Assembly: GCA_049472355.1 (NCBI GenBank)
Contig: JBLIRP010000013.1
Coordinates: 1-38,639, forward strand
Reading direction: 5' to 3'
Source of the DNA: a bacterium
GTDB lineage: Bacteria > SZUA-182 > DTGQ01 > JAFGSM01
Length of the DNA: 38,639 nt
The position numbers and the translations under genes are program-made. Positions 9,867 to 18,252 of this stretch are shown piece by piece (the stretch's first letter is position 1; the number at the start of each line of letters is the position of its first letter). The notes under the pieces were generated by a model. That model saw only the letters and a program-made list of their open reading frames with translations, was not told the DNA's origin and made no database searches.

Positions 9867-10141
9867 GCCGCTGCCTCCCTTACCCGTTTCCACATGAGAC
9901 CTGCATGTCCGATGTCCGGCAATAGTTGTACACCCATTTTCCTTCACTACTATTTCTATCGGCACTTTATGACGAGGATTCCTATAGGAAATTCGGGGAG
10001 GGGAGGACATATCAAGGGAGCCTCTCTTGCCCGCTCTTCATTGCATCCCTCAGACGGCAATGTTTCATAAAGACAGGGCGATGAGGAGAATAGATTGTCT
10101 TCCCGCGTAACATCTTATCTTATCAATGCCCTTAAACCGCC

Positions 10142-10173
10142 ATGATCTTTCGATCACAACGGAGGATGAAAAT
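10142..10173 (+). repeat. Dispersed hairpin repeat, copy 4
   Basis: A-TGATC-TTTC-GATCA-CAACGGAGGATGAAAAT. Same architecture as the copies at 6897, 6958, 7041 and 10393. Confidence 0.7.
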
Positions 10174-10230
10174 AAATAAAACAGAGGTTTGTTGAATTAT
10201 TTTCATATAAATTTTCTTGGTATATTTGCC

Positions 10231-10260
10231 TTGACAAAAATAGTAAATTTTGTTTATGCT
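10231..10260 (+). promoter_or_regulatory. Putative sigma70 promoter for the NeuB-fusion block
   Basis: Perfect TTGACA at 10231-10236, an 18-nt spacer and TATGCT at 10255-10260, with an AT-rich region upstream. Confidence 0.55.
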
Positions 10261-10350
10261 TTTATCCTAAAAAGCGATTTCCTGGTATCAGAACAGACAA
10301 AAAAATTTGCAGGGTTCAAGATGAAACATTCATGAGCCGGATGAAACTGC

Positions 10351-10383
10351 GAATGTAGAATGTCGAATGTAGAATGCAGAAGT
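10351..10383 (+). repeat. Heptamer tandem repeat (GAATGYM x4 + partial)
   Basis: gaatgta gaatgtc gaatgta gaatgca gaagt. Confidence 0.85.
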
Positions 10384-10392
10384 GAAACGCAG

Positions 10393-10425
10393 ATGAGCCT
10401 TCGGCTCACAAGGAAGCATGAAAAT
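10393..10425 (+). repeat. Dispersed hairpin repeat, copy 5
   Basis: A-TGAGCC-TTC-GGCTCA-CAAGGAAGCATGAAAAT. Confidence 0.8.
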
Positions 10426-10453
10426 GCCCCGGAGGGGATTTTCAGGTGAAAAG

Positions 10454-12244
10454 ATGAAAATCAGGGGTGCATACATAATAGCAGAGGTCGCCAGCGCACA
10501 CGAGGGGGACCTGAAAATGCTGTATACATTAATTGAGAGTGCCGCTTCTGCGGGCGCCGACGCGATTAAATTTCAGCTATACCATCCGGACGAGCTGGCC
10601 GTCAAATCGTACAGGTACTATGATCTTTACAAAAAACTGCAGTACAGCGAGGAGGAGTGGAAGGGGATTATCAATTATTCAAAAAAGCATAACCTTGACG
10701 TGTGGATAGACCCCTACGACAGGTGGGGCCTCGCCTTAGTAACATCAGTTATAAGCGACATAAAGGGCGTAAAGGTCCCCCCCACGATACTCGCCGACAT
10801 GGAGCTTACAAGAGGTATTTTGGGGCTTGGCTGCATGCGGATGATCGGCGTGAGCGGTTTTTCCACAACCCAAATAGAGGGTTTCTTTAAAGAATTGGGG
10901 ATTTTAAAAGGCTCAAACGACAGGGGCCTGTTCCTCATGCACGGCTTCCAGAGGTACCCCACCCAAATTGAGGACTTGAATATCGAGAGGATAAAGCTGT
11001 TGGAGGACAAGTTCGGCCTGCCCGTTGGGTACGCGGACCACGTTGACGCCGGCCTGCAATTGGCCAAGATAGTCCCCTGCCTGGCGATAGCGGCCGGTGC
11101 AAAAATTATTGAAAAGCACATAACATTGGACAGGTCAAGAAAAGGGCCGGACTATTATTCCTCGCTGAACCCTGACGAGTTCAAGGAGATGGTTGATCTC
11201 ATAAAAAACACGGAAACCGCTATGGGCTCCGGGGAGGTCACCACAGAGGAGAAAACATACCTCAAGGATGCTACAAAGATTGTTGCAGGCTGCGCGGTAC
11301 AGGTGGGAGACATAATCTCACAGGACAAGATCAGCTACAAGCGAAGCGATGACCAGGGGCTTCTGCCCCACGAAAAAGGTCTGGTGCTCGGAAAGATAGC
11401 GCTGAAATGCCTGGCAGAGGGGGAAAGCATAACGGCCGAAGATACTAAAAAACCGAGGATAATCGCGCTTGTCGCGGTGAGGATGAAGTCAACACGGCTC
11501 CCCAAAAAGGCCCTGGCTGACATTGAGGGCTATACAGCGATAGAGCGCTTGGTCAATAACTTAAAACCGTCACAATACATTGATGAGATAGTCTTGGCAA
11601 CCTCGACAAACGAGGGAGACGACCCCATAGAAGATCTCGCAAAAGAAAAGGGCCTGGCATTTTTTAGGGGCCACGAGGACAATGTTGTCAAAAGGTTCCT
11701 GGACGCCGCCAGGAGCTTTAATACAGACATAGTTGTAAGGGCGACCGGGGACTGCCCGATGCTGAGCCATGAGCTTGCGGACTATCTTATTGAGAGCCAC
11801 TTGAGGAGCGGCGCGGATTATACAGGGTTTGAATCCAATACAGTGCCTGTGGGCACCTTTTCAGAGGTAATTACGGCATCCGCCCTTGAAAGATTGGGCA
11901 ACACGAATATGGACTTGAACTATACCGAATACCTGACGTACTACTTCAGGAACAACCCCAACCTTTTTTCAGTGAATATAGCCCCGCCGCCGAACGAATT
12001 ATACAATCGCCCCGGATACAGGATGACCCTGGACTATATAGAGGACCTGGAGTTTTTCAGGAGGGTCTATGCGCATTTTAAGCCCGGAAAAGAAGCGATC
12101 CCCCTGGACAAGACAATCGAATTCTTGGACAAGCACGACGAGATAGTCTCCATAAACAAGGACATGTGCCTAAAATGGCGGGATGACAAGGACTTTGTAA
12201 AAAAACTTAACGAGATAACAACTATCAAAAACGTGGGAAAATGA
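10454..12244 (+). CDS. Fusion protein: NeuB/SpsE nonulosonate synthase + SAF domain + SpsF-like acylneuraminate cytidylyltransferase
   Basis: N-terminal part has IIAEVASAHEGD, DAIKFQ, GYADH and IEKHITLDR. An SAF-like segment follows. The C-terminal part has VAVRMKSTRLPKKAL, VVRATGDCP and RMTLDYIEDL. Start 10454 (after aggtga) is preferred because ATG 10418 lies inside a repeat. Confidence 0.88.
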   Translation: MKIRGAYIIAEVASAHEGDLKMLYTLIESAASAGADAIKFQLYHPDELAVKSYRYYDLYKKLQYSEEEWKGIINYSKKHNLDVWIDPYDRWGLALVTSVISDIKGVKVPPTILADMELTRGILGLGCMRMIGVSGFSTTQIEGFFKELGILKGSNDRGLFLMHGFQRYPTQIEDLNIERIKLLEDKFGLPVGYADHVDAGLQLAKIVPCLAIAAGAKIIEKHITLDRSRKGPDYYSSLNPDEFKEMVDLIKNTETAMGSGEVTTEEKTYLKDATKIVAGCAVQVGDIISQDKISYKRSDDQGLLPHEKGLVLGKIALKCLAEGESITAEDTKKPRIIALVAVRMKSTRLPKKALADIEGYTAIERLVNNLKPSQYIDEIVLATSTNEGDDPIEDLAKEKGLAFFRGHEDNVVKRFLDAARSFNTDIVVRATGDCPMLSHELADYLIESHLRSGADYTGFESNTVPVGTFSEVITASALERLGNTNMDLNYTEYLTYYFRNNPNLFSVNIAPPPNELYNRPGYRMTLDYIEDLEFFRRVYAHFKPGKEAIPLDKTIEFLDKHDEIVSINKDMCLKWRDDKDFVKKLNEITTIKNVGK

Positions 12245-12852
12245 GTTCTATGCGTATCGGCGAAAAAAAGGTGGGGGAGGCGATAAAAGACATCAAGAAA
12301 GGGCAGCCCATTAAAAAAAGAGACATAGGCGCGACAAAGGTGTCTCTTAGACCCGCCATCACGGCTGATTGCGAACTGTTATGGAATTTGAGGAATGACC
12401 CAAATGTAAGAGAATCCGCATTTGAGACGGGTTTCATCCCGTATGAGCACCATGTAAAATGGTTCAATAAAAGATTAAATTCCGAAGACGTGAAAATTTT
12501 TATCGTTCAGGACCAGAATTTAAGGCCTGTTGGGCAAATCAGGTTTGATATCGGCGACGATGGGTGCGCTGAGATTGATATCAGTATCAACAGCGCGGAA
12601 CGCGGCAAGGGTTATGGCACAACCGCCCTTAAAAAGGCATGTGTGATCGGACTTGAGGACTTACACATAAAAAAATTCGTGGCACATATAAAAACAGGGA
12701 ATAAGGCATCTATTCTTGTTTTTTCGAAAGCCGGATTTAGCAGGGCAGGTACAAAAAAGGTTAACGGTTCGGTGGCTGTAGAGATGTGCCTGGAAAATAT
12801 AAAAGAGCTCCCTGTTGATAACGACCTTGGTGATGACATTGAAGACACATAG
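12241..12852 (+). CDS. GNAT N-acetyltransferase (PseH-like) with an N-terminal NeuB/SAF remnant
   Basis: LRPAITADCELLWNLRNDPNVR, HVKWF, GQIRFD, RGKGYG and NKASILVFSKAGF. ATGA-type coupling with the upstream gene. Confidence 0.85.
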   Translation: MSSMRIGEKKVGEAIKDIKKGQPIKKRDIGATKVSLRPAITADCELLWNLRNDPNVRESAFETGFIPYEHHVKWFNKRLNSEDVKIFIVQDQNLRPVGQIRFDIGDDGCAEIDISINSAERGKGYGTTALKKACVIGLEDLHIKKFVAHIKTGNKASILVFSKAGFSRAGTKKVNGSVAVEMCLENIKELPVDNDLGDDIEDT

Positions 12853-13519
12853 AAGGGTGATGATAATAGCAGCGCATCCAGACGATGAGGTTTTGGGTGC
12901 TGGTGGAACGCTGATGAGGCACGCCGAGGAGGGGGACGACGTTTATTGCTTGATATTGGGGACAGGTGCGCTTTCTCGAGAAAAAGCGGGCAGTAAAGAT
13001 GTGGAGGCGCTTGACAGTGCCGCCAAGGAGTCCGCAAAAATACTCGGCTTTAGGGACATCTGGTTTTCACGGTTCCCCGACAACAGGTTCGACAGCGTCG
13101 ATTTGCTGCAGATAATCAAAGAGGTTGAAAAACATGTTGAAAAAACAAAGCCGGAAATCGTCTATACCCATCACGGCGGCGACCTGAACATAGACCATAA
13201 ATTGACCTTTGACGCTGTGTTGACCGCGTGCAGACCCATAAAAGGCTGTTCCGTCAGGAAAATCCTTACCTTTGAAACACTGTCCTCGACCGAGTGGGGC
13301 AATCAAGCGGAAAAGCCATTCTTGCCAAACACCTATCTGGACATAACGGGCACCATTGAAAAGAAAGTGGAGGCAATCAAATGCTATTCTTCAGAACTCA
13401 GGGATTACCCCCACCCGAGGTCTGAGGAGGCCATACGTGCCCTTGCGAGGAAGAGGGGCTCAGAGGCGGGCCTGGAATCCGCAGAGGCTTTTTGTTTGGT
13501 GAGGGAAGTGGACCGATGA
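12833..13519 (+). CDS. PIG-L/LmbE-family N-acetyl sugar deacetylase
   Basis: AAHPDDEVLG, THHGGDLNIDH, FETLSSTEW and HPRS. Exact start uncertain (12833 or 12857/12860). Confidence 0.88.
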   Translation: MTLKTHRRVMIIAAHPDDEVLGAGGTLMRHAEEGDDVYCLILGTGALSREKAGSKDVEALDSAAKESAKILGFRDIWFSRFPDNRFDSVDLLQIIKEVEKHVEKTKPEIVYTHHGGDLNIDHKLTFDAVLTACRPIKGCSVRKILTFETLSSTEWGNQAEKPFLPNTYLDITGTIEKKVEAIKCYSSELRDYPHPRSEEAIRALARKRGSEAGLESAEAFCLVREVDR

Positions 13520-14154
13520 GGGTACTGGTCTGCACCAAAGCGGGGATGCAATGGGGCCTTAACGTGTACAAGGAACTCCAGGAGGACACGAAGCATAATT
13601 TTAAATTGGTGACCGTCCCGGACGCGTTACAGGACGAGGTACAGAAATTTGATCCAGAGCTAATTGTATTTCTTCATTGGTCCTGGTTAATCCCTTCTGA
13701 TGTACTAAAGTACAGATGCATATCCACCCATACCGCACCCCTCCCCAGGTACCGCGGGGGCTCGCCAATACAAAACCAGATCCTGGCCGGGGAGACAGAA
13801 TCCGCTGTAACCCTGTTCTACACCTCCGAGGCGTTGGACGCGGGCGAGATAATCCTGCAAGAGACCATAAGCCTGGAAGGCGACCTGAAGGATATTTTTG
13901 AGAGGGTAGAAAAGGCCAGTATCAAAATGGTAAAAGGTTTTTTGGGCGGCAAGACGGACTCAAGGCCGCAGGAGGGGACTCCAACGTACTGCGAGAGGAG
14001 GACGCCTGAGCAGGGCAGGATAGACCCGTCAAAAAGCGCCGCATACAACTATAATCTCGTGCGAGCGTTGAACATGCCGCCATACCCCCCTGCTTTTATA
14101 GAGTGCGACGATGGAAAAAGGCTTTACGTGCTCAAGGCAACGTTGGAGGAATAG
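13516..14154 (+). CDS. Formyltransferase (Fmt-like, sugar N-formyltransferase)
   Basis: HWSWLIP, HTAPLPRYRGGSPIQNQI, LDAGEI and RAL..PYPPAF. ATGA overlap with the deacetylase stop. Confidence 0.85.
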   Translation: MRVLVCTKAGMQWGLNVYKELQEDTKHNFKLVTVPDALQDEVQKFDPELIVFLHWSWLIPSDVLKYRCISTHTAPLPRYRGGSPIQNQILAGETESAVTLFYTSEALDAGEIILQETISLEGDLKDIFERVEKASIKMVKGFLGGKTDSRPQEGTPTYCERRTPEQGRIDPSKSAAYNYNLVRALNMPPYPPAFIECDDGKRLYVLKATLEE

Positions 14155-14512
14155 AATCGCAGGGCTGTGTTCACTGTGAATACACGTAGAATACGATCCT
14201 GCCCAGCTTCGCCTCTATTAAGTCCCGCGAAGGCCTTTCATTTAAAAGGAATCCGTCATCCCATAAAAGGTCACCCTTCTCTCATCCCATAGAGACAATG
14301 AGTTAAAGAATGCAGCAGGTCCCATCCGTGCAATGAGATTCCATTTTGGAAGCCTGCAATGATCGGATTTTTACTATGAAGAGAAAAGGATTTTGATGCC
14401 CGGCATGTTATGTGATCCTTCCAAAGATCGATATGAACCGATCTTATAATTAAGACGATGAATAAGACATACTGTATGTATAAAAAAGGGAAAAGGGGGA
14501 GTTGAGAAGGTC

Positions 14513-15508
14513 ATGAAAGAAAAAAACATCCTGATATCCGGCACCATGAGGTCAGGAACGACCTTGATGTGCGCCATACTGGATGCCCATCCGGAAATAA
14601 GCATGGCTTCAGATTATCTCACCTGGTTCTGGAAACAATTCGTGCCGAAATTCGCAGGGATAAGCACGGAATACGAGCTGGAATGGGCACTATATGAGAT
14701 GGAGCCCTATATGATTCGCCATTCAAATCCGATTGATCTTGACCTGTTGAAACAGGAAACAATAAAGAAAGGGATATCATTCTTATCTTTTTATGACACC
14801 CTTTTTGAGCAGTTGAGCCCGAACGACTTGAAACCTGTGAGGGGCATCAAGGTCACGCATCTGGCTTACCATTATGAATACTTTATCCTTAATATACCGA
14901 ATCCATTTATCATTCATATGGTTAGAAACTGTATGGATGTCTATTGCTCTCATAAGAAAAGGGCCAAACCTCAGGTGGAGAAAAAATTGGATCCCGTCAG
15001 AGGGGCATTGAGATTTTTTCATACCAAAAAGGCACAACTGGGGAGATATCTGATCGGCAAAAAGATATTGATAGATGATCGCATTTTTAATCCGTATATT
15101 TACAACTATCCCATCAGGATGATTGATGAATGGAATATAACCAATCGGATTGCCTTGGAAATTAAAGAGAGATTTCCTGAAAAGGTTGAGATTGTCAAAT
15201 ATGAAGATTTGGTGACGGAACCCCGGGGGACTTTACAGCATCTAATCAAGAAACTGGGCATTCATTGGTATGAGGGCTTTTACGATTACGCCAATTTAAA
15301 GAGCCGGGACGGGTCAAGATTTATGGCAAATACATCCTATAATGATAAAGGCGTATCCAGTAATGATAAAGGGATATCCGGATTTTCAACGGATCACATC
15401 AATATAGGAAACCAGCTCATGAGCCCTGACGAAAAAGAATATTATGAAAGGGTAGCAAAAGAAACGGCATGTAAATTGGGTTATGAAGTTGGGTTTGGGG
15501 TCCGATGA
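14513..15508 (+). CDS. Sulfotransferase family protein (Sulfotransfer_3-like)
   Basis: ISGTMRSGTTLMCAILDAHPEI, IIHMVRNCMDVYCS and VKYEDLVTEP. Sequence is visibly AT-rich. Confidence 0.85.
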   Translation: MKEKNILISGTMRSGTTLMCAILDAHPEISMASDYLTWFWKQFVPKFAGISTEYELEWALYEMEPYMIRHSNPIDLDLLKQETIKKGISFLSFYDTLFEQLSPNDLKPVRGIKVTHLAYHYEYFILNIPNPFIIHMVRNCMDVYCSHKKRAKPQVEKKLDPVRGALRFFHTKKAQLGRYLIGKKILIDDRIFNPYIYNYPIRMIDEWNITNRIALEIKERFPEKVEIVKYEDLVTEPRGTLQHLIKKLGIHWYEGFYDYANLKSRDGSRFMANTSYNDKGVSSNDKGISGFSTDHINIGNQLMSPDEKEYYERVAKETACKLGYEVGFGVR

Positions 15509-15687
15509 TCCCTTTACCGCGATTTGCAGACCGATGTTCTCTTCCCCGTTGTGGCCAATTATTTCAACCCATTCAACAACACTGATGATCGTGAAGCATG
15601 CGTCTTTCTCCCCCCTGGATAGACCTTGGCTTAATAATATCCCATTTTAATAACGTCCGTATTCCATATCACTTTTTGTCGCCAGTC

Positions 15688-15731
15688 ATGCGTATCGTTC
15701 CCCCTTTTTTACCGAAGAATTAAGTAAGGTG
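15688..15731 (+). repeat. ~44-bp direct repeat, copy 1 (promoter-like)
   Basis: atgcgtatcgttcccccttttttaccgaagaattaagtaaggtg, near-identical to 18005-18047. Confidence 0.88.
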
Positions 15732-15807
15732 CCGAGCGCCCGAAAGGAAGCGAGCGGCCGGGAAGGGCCGTTGTCATTCACACGCATGTCAACACAAGGA
15801 AGGCAGG

Positions 15808-17097
15808 ATGATCAGCACCATTAAGAAGGCGGTGGTTCTCGGCTCGGGTGGAACGATGGGTTCGTTGACCGGCGGCATCATTGCACAGAGCGGCATCAAG
15901 ACCTGCTTTATGAGCCGGTTGAAAGAGCATGCCGAACGTGGTCTCGAACGTGCGATACATCAATCACGCTCGGAGACGATAGGCCGAAATAGCATATGCG
16001 GTGAATACAAAGGCTCACTAAGGGACGCGCTACAGGATGCGGACTGGGTCGTGGAGTGCGTCACCGAAAATGTCGCAATAAAGCAGAGTGTTTACAAGGA
16101 AATCGAGCCGTATCTCAAGCCGGATGCGGTGGTAAGCACCACCACCTCCAGTCTGCCCTTGTCAAGGCTGTGTGACGGGATGTCGGAGACCTTCAAGCGA
16201 AACTTCCTCGGCGTGCATTTCTATAATCCCCCGGCAAAGATACTGGCGTGCGAGGTCGCCGCGCAGCGGCATACGGACCCCGAGGTCACTCGATTCATGA
16301 GCGATTTCCTTGAACACAACCTCGGCCGCGTGGTCATACCGGTGCAGGATACATCGGCCTTTGCCGGAAACAGGATCGCCTTTTTGCTGTTTTGCGAGAT
16401 CACGGCCCTGGCCGAAGAATACGGTGTCGAGCTGATAGACTATCTGCTCGGTCCATACACCGGAAGAATCATGTCGCCGTTGGCAACCATTGATCTGGTC
16501 GGCCTTGATATCCATAAGGCCATCATTGAAAACCTTTACCGGCATACCAACGACCACATGCATCATGCCTTCAGGTTGCCTCGATATATTGAAAAAATGA
16601 TTGAAAACGGCTGCCTGGGGAGCAAGACCCCCGACAAGGGAGGGTTCTATAAAAGGGACGGCAGCAGAAACAAACTGGCACTGAACCCGGCTACCCTCGA
16701 TTATGAGCCCGTGAAGAGGCCGAAGGTCTCTTTCGTGGAAGAGGCCAAGGAGATGATTCGCGCGGGACACTACAACGACGCCTTTGCCGTCATCATGGAA
16801 AGCCCCTGCGGGGAAGCGGATCTGGTGCGAAGGATCCTGTGCACCTATATCTCTTACTCGTATTCGTGCATCGGAGAGGTTACCGAGGCCAAGTACGGCA
16901 TAGACGGGATCGACACGGTAATGGCGTCCGGATACAACTGGGCGCCTCCAAGTTTGGTCCTGAACATGATGGGCGGGGCTGAGAAGGTAACAGGATTTCT
17001 TCGGCACTATGATTGTATGGTGCCTGATGCGCTTGAAGGTGCGGACAAGCCGATCGAGGTCCATGGTGATCCCGGCGGATATTTTTGGGCCCGGTAG
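15808..17097 (+). CDS. 3-hydroxyacyl-CoA dehydrogenase family protein
   Basis: VLGSGGTMG Rossmann motif, VVECVTENVAIK, STTTSSL, GVHFYNPP, FAGNRI and PLATIDLVGLD. Confidence 0.88.
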   Translation: MISTIKKAVVLGSGGTMGSLTGGIIAQSGIKTCFMSRLKEHAERGLERAIHQSRSETIGRNSICGEYKGSLRDALQDADWVVECVTENVAIKQSVYKEIEPYLKPDAVVSTTTSSLPLSRLCDGMSETFKRNFLGVHFYNPPAKILACEVAAQRHTDPEVTRFMSDFLEHNLGRVVIPVQDTSAFAGNRIAFLLFCEITALAEEYGVELIDYLLGPYTGRIMSPLATIDLVGLDIHKAIIENLYRHTNDHMHHAFRLPRYIEKMIENGCLGSKTPDKGGFYKRDGSRNKLALNPATLDYEPVKRPKVSFVEEAKEMIRAGHYNDAFAVIMESPCGEADLVRRILCTYISYSYSCIGEVTEAKYGIDGIDTVMASGYNWAPPSLVLNMMGGAEKVTGFLRHYDCMVPDALEGADKPIEVHGDPGGYFWAR

Positions 17098-17175
17098 GCA
17101 CATACCCTGTCCCGCCGCAAAAAGCGCGGGATTAATTGCAACGCCAATCACGGGATAGAAAGGAGTCCTTCTGTC

Positions 17176-17922
17176 ATGCAGGATATCGCCATATGGGGTG
17201 CAGGCGGCTTTGGCCGCGAAGTAGCCTGGTTGATCGAGGAGATAAACAGGGCGGACCGTGTCTTTACCATCATCGGCTTCCTGGACGACCGGGTTTCCCT
17301 GGTCGGCCAGGAGATAAACGGCTATCCGGTTGTCGGCGGGCTGGAGTATCTCGGCAAAAACCAGGGCATAGCCGTGGTGATGGCGGTGGGAAACCCGGTA
17401 ACACGATTCAAAATGCATGCGAGGATTCAGGGCCTGAGGCTCAGCTTTCCCAACCTCATCCATCCCTCGGTCATCAAGGGGCGCACGATCCAGATGGGTG
17501 TGGGCAATGTCATATGCGCCGGCGCAATCTTGACCGAAAACATTACGATCGGTGACTTCTGCCAGTTCAATCTGAAGACCACGATCGGCCACGACGTCAG
17601 GTTGGGGGATTTTACTACCAGTGCATGCAGCGTGGATTTTGCCGGCTACAGCAGCACCGGTTTCGGAGTGTACATCGGCAACCAGGCCACCCTCCTGCCC
17701 TCGGTGAGCGTCGGCGATTTGTCTGTCATCGGGGCCGGCGCAGTGGTCAACAAGGATATACCGGACGGGATGGTAGCAGTGGGCGTTCCTGCCAGGGCGA
17801 TCAAGCGCAACCCTGTGTATGATGAAATGAAAAACGATATTGAATCGAGTCGATTGCACGGCAGCCTTCCGGAACATGAACAACACATCGCACAAAAACA
17901 CATCCCACAACAACACCCATGA
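17176..17922 (+). CDS. NeuD/PglD/PerB-family sugar N/O-acyltransferase
   Basis: IWGAGGFGREV, GFLDD, NLIHPS, TIGHD, IGAGAVVNKD and GVPAR. RBS is aaggag. Confidence 0.9.
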   Translation: MQDIAIWGAGGFGREVAWLIEEINRADRVFTIIGFLDDRVSLVGQEINGYPVVGGLEYLGKNQGIAVVMAVGNPVTRFKMHARIQGLRLSFPNLIHPSVIKGRTIQMGVGNVICAGAILTENITIGDFCQFNLKTTIGHDVRLGDFTTSACSVDFAGYSSTGFGVYIGNQATLLPSVSVGDLSVIGAGAVVNKDIPDGMVAVGVPARAIKRNPVYDEMKNDIESSRLHGSLPEHEQHIAQKHIPQQHP

Positions 17923-18004
17923 TTGCGAAGGGCACATATCCGTAACTCCGAATAGCTCCCCTCCCATGAAGGCTACCCTCCCATGGTAGTGATTATTGTG
18001 CGGG

Positions 18005-18047
18005 ATGCGTATCTTTCCCCTTTTTTTACCGAAGAATAAGTAAGGTG
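18005..18047 (+). repeat. ~44-bp direct repeat, copy 2 (promoter-like)
   Basis: atgcgtatctttcccctttttttaccgaagaataagtaaggtg. Confidence 0.88.
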
Positions 18048-18252
18048 TGGAGTGCGCGGAGGGCAGTCTGCCGGCTCAGGGGAATGTTTTTCCCCCCGGC
18101 GGAGACCTCGATGCAGGAAGAACGCACGGAGGCCGGTTCACATGAAACAACAGAGGCAACTCACCCCGGAGGCGCCTCATGTGATCTACGGGCCCGGTTC
18201 CCGCGGGCAACGGGAACCGGCGGCGTGGGCGGGACATTCCGAGGAAGGGACC

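Noticed and set aside
10418..10453. Upstream ATG start for the NeuB fusion
   Set aside because: This ATG is part of the repeat tail GCATGAAAAT. ATG 10454 has an RBS-like aggtga and fits the family N-terminus better.
15732..15775. GAAA-loop hairpins in the dehydrogenase leader as a possible c-di-GMP riboswitch
   Set aside because: The stems are short and the conserved riboswitch core motifs are not recognisable.
17110..17131. Hairpin tcccgccgc-aaaaa-gcgcggga as an intrinsic terminator
   Set aside because: The stem is bulged, there is no U-tract, and it lies between two apparently co-transcribed genes.
16162..17967. 601-aa minus-strand ORF
   Set aside because: It is an antisense shadow of two well-supported + strand genes and has no recognisable motifs.
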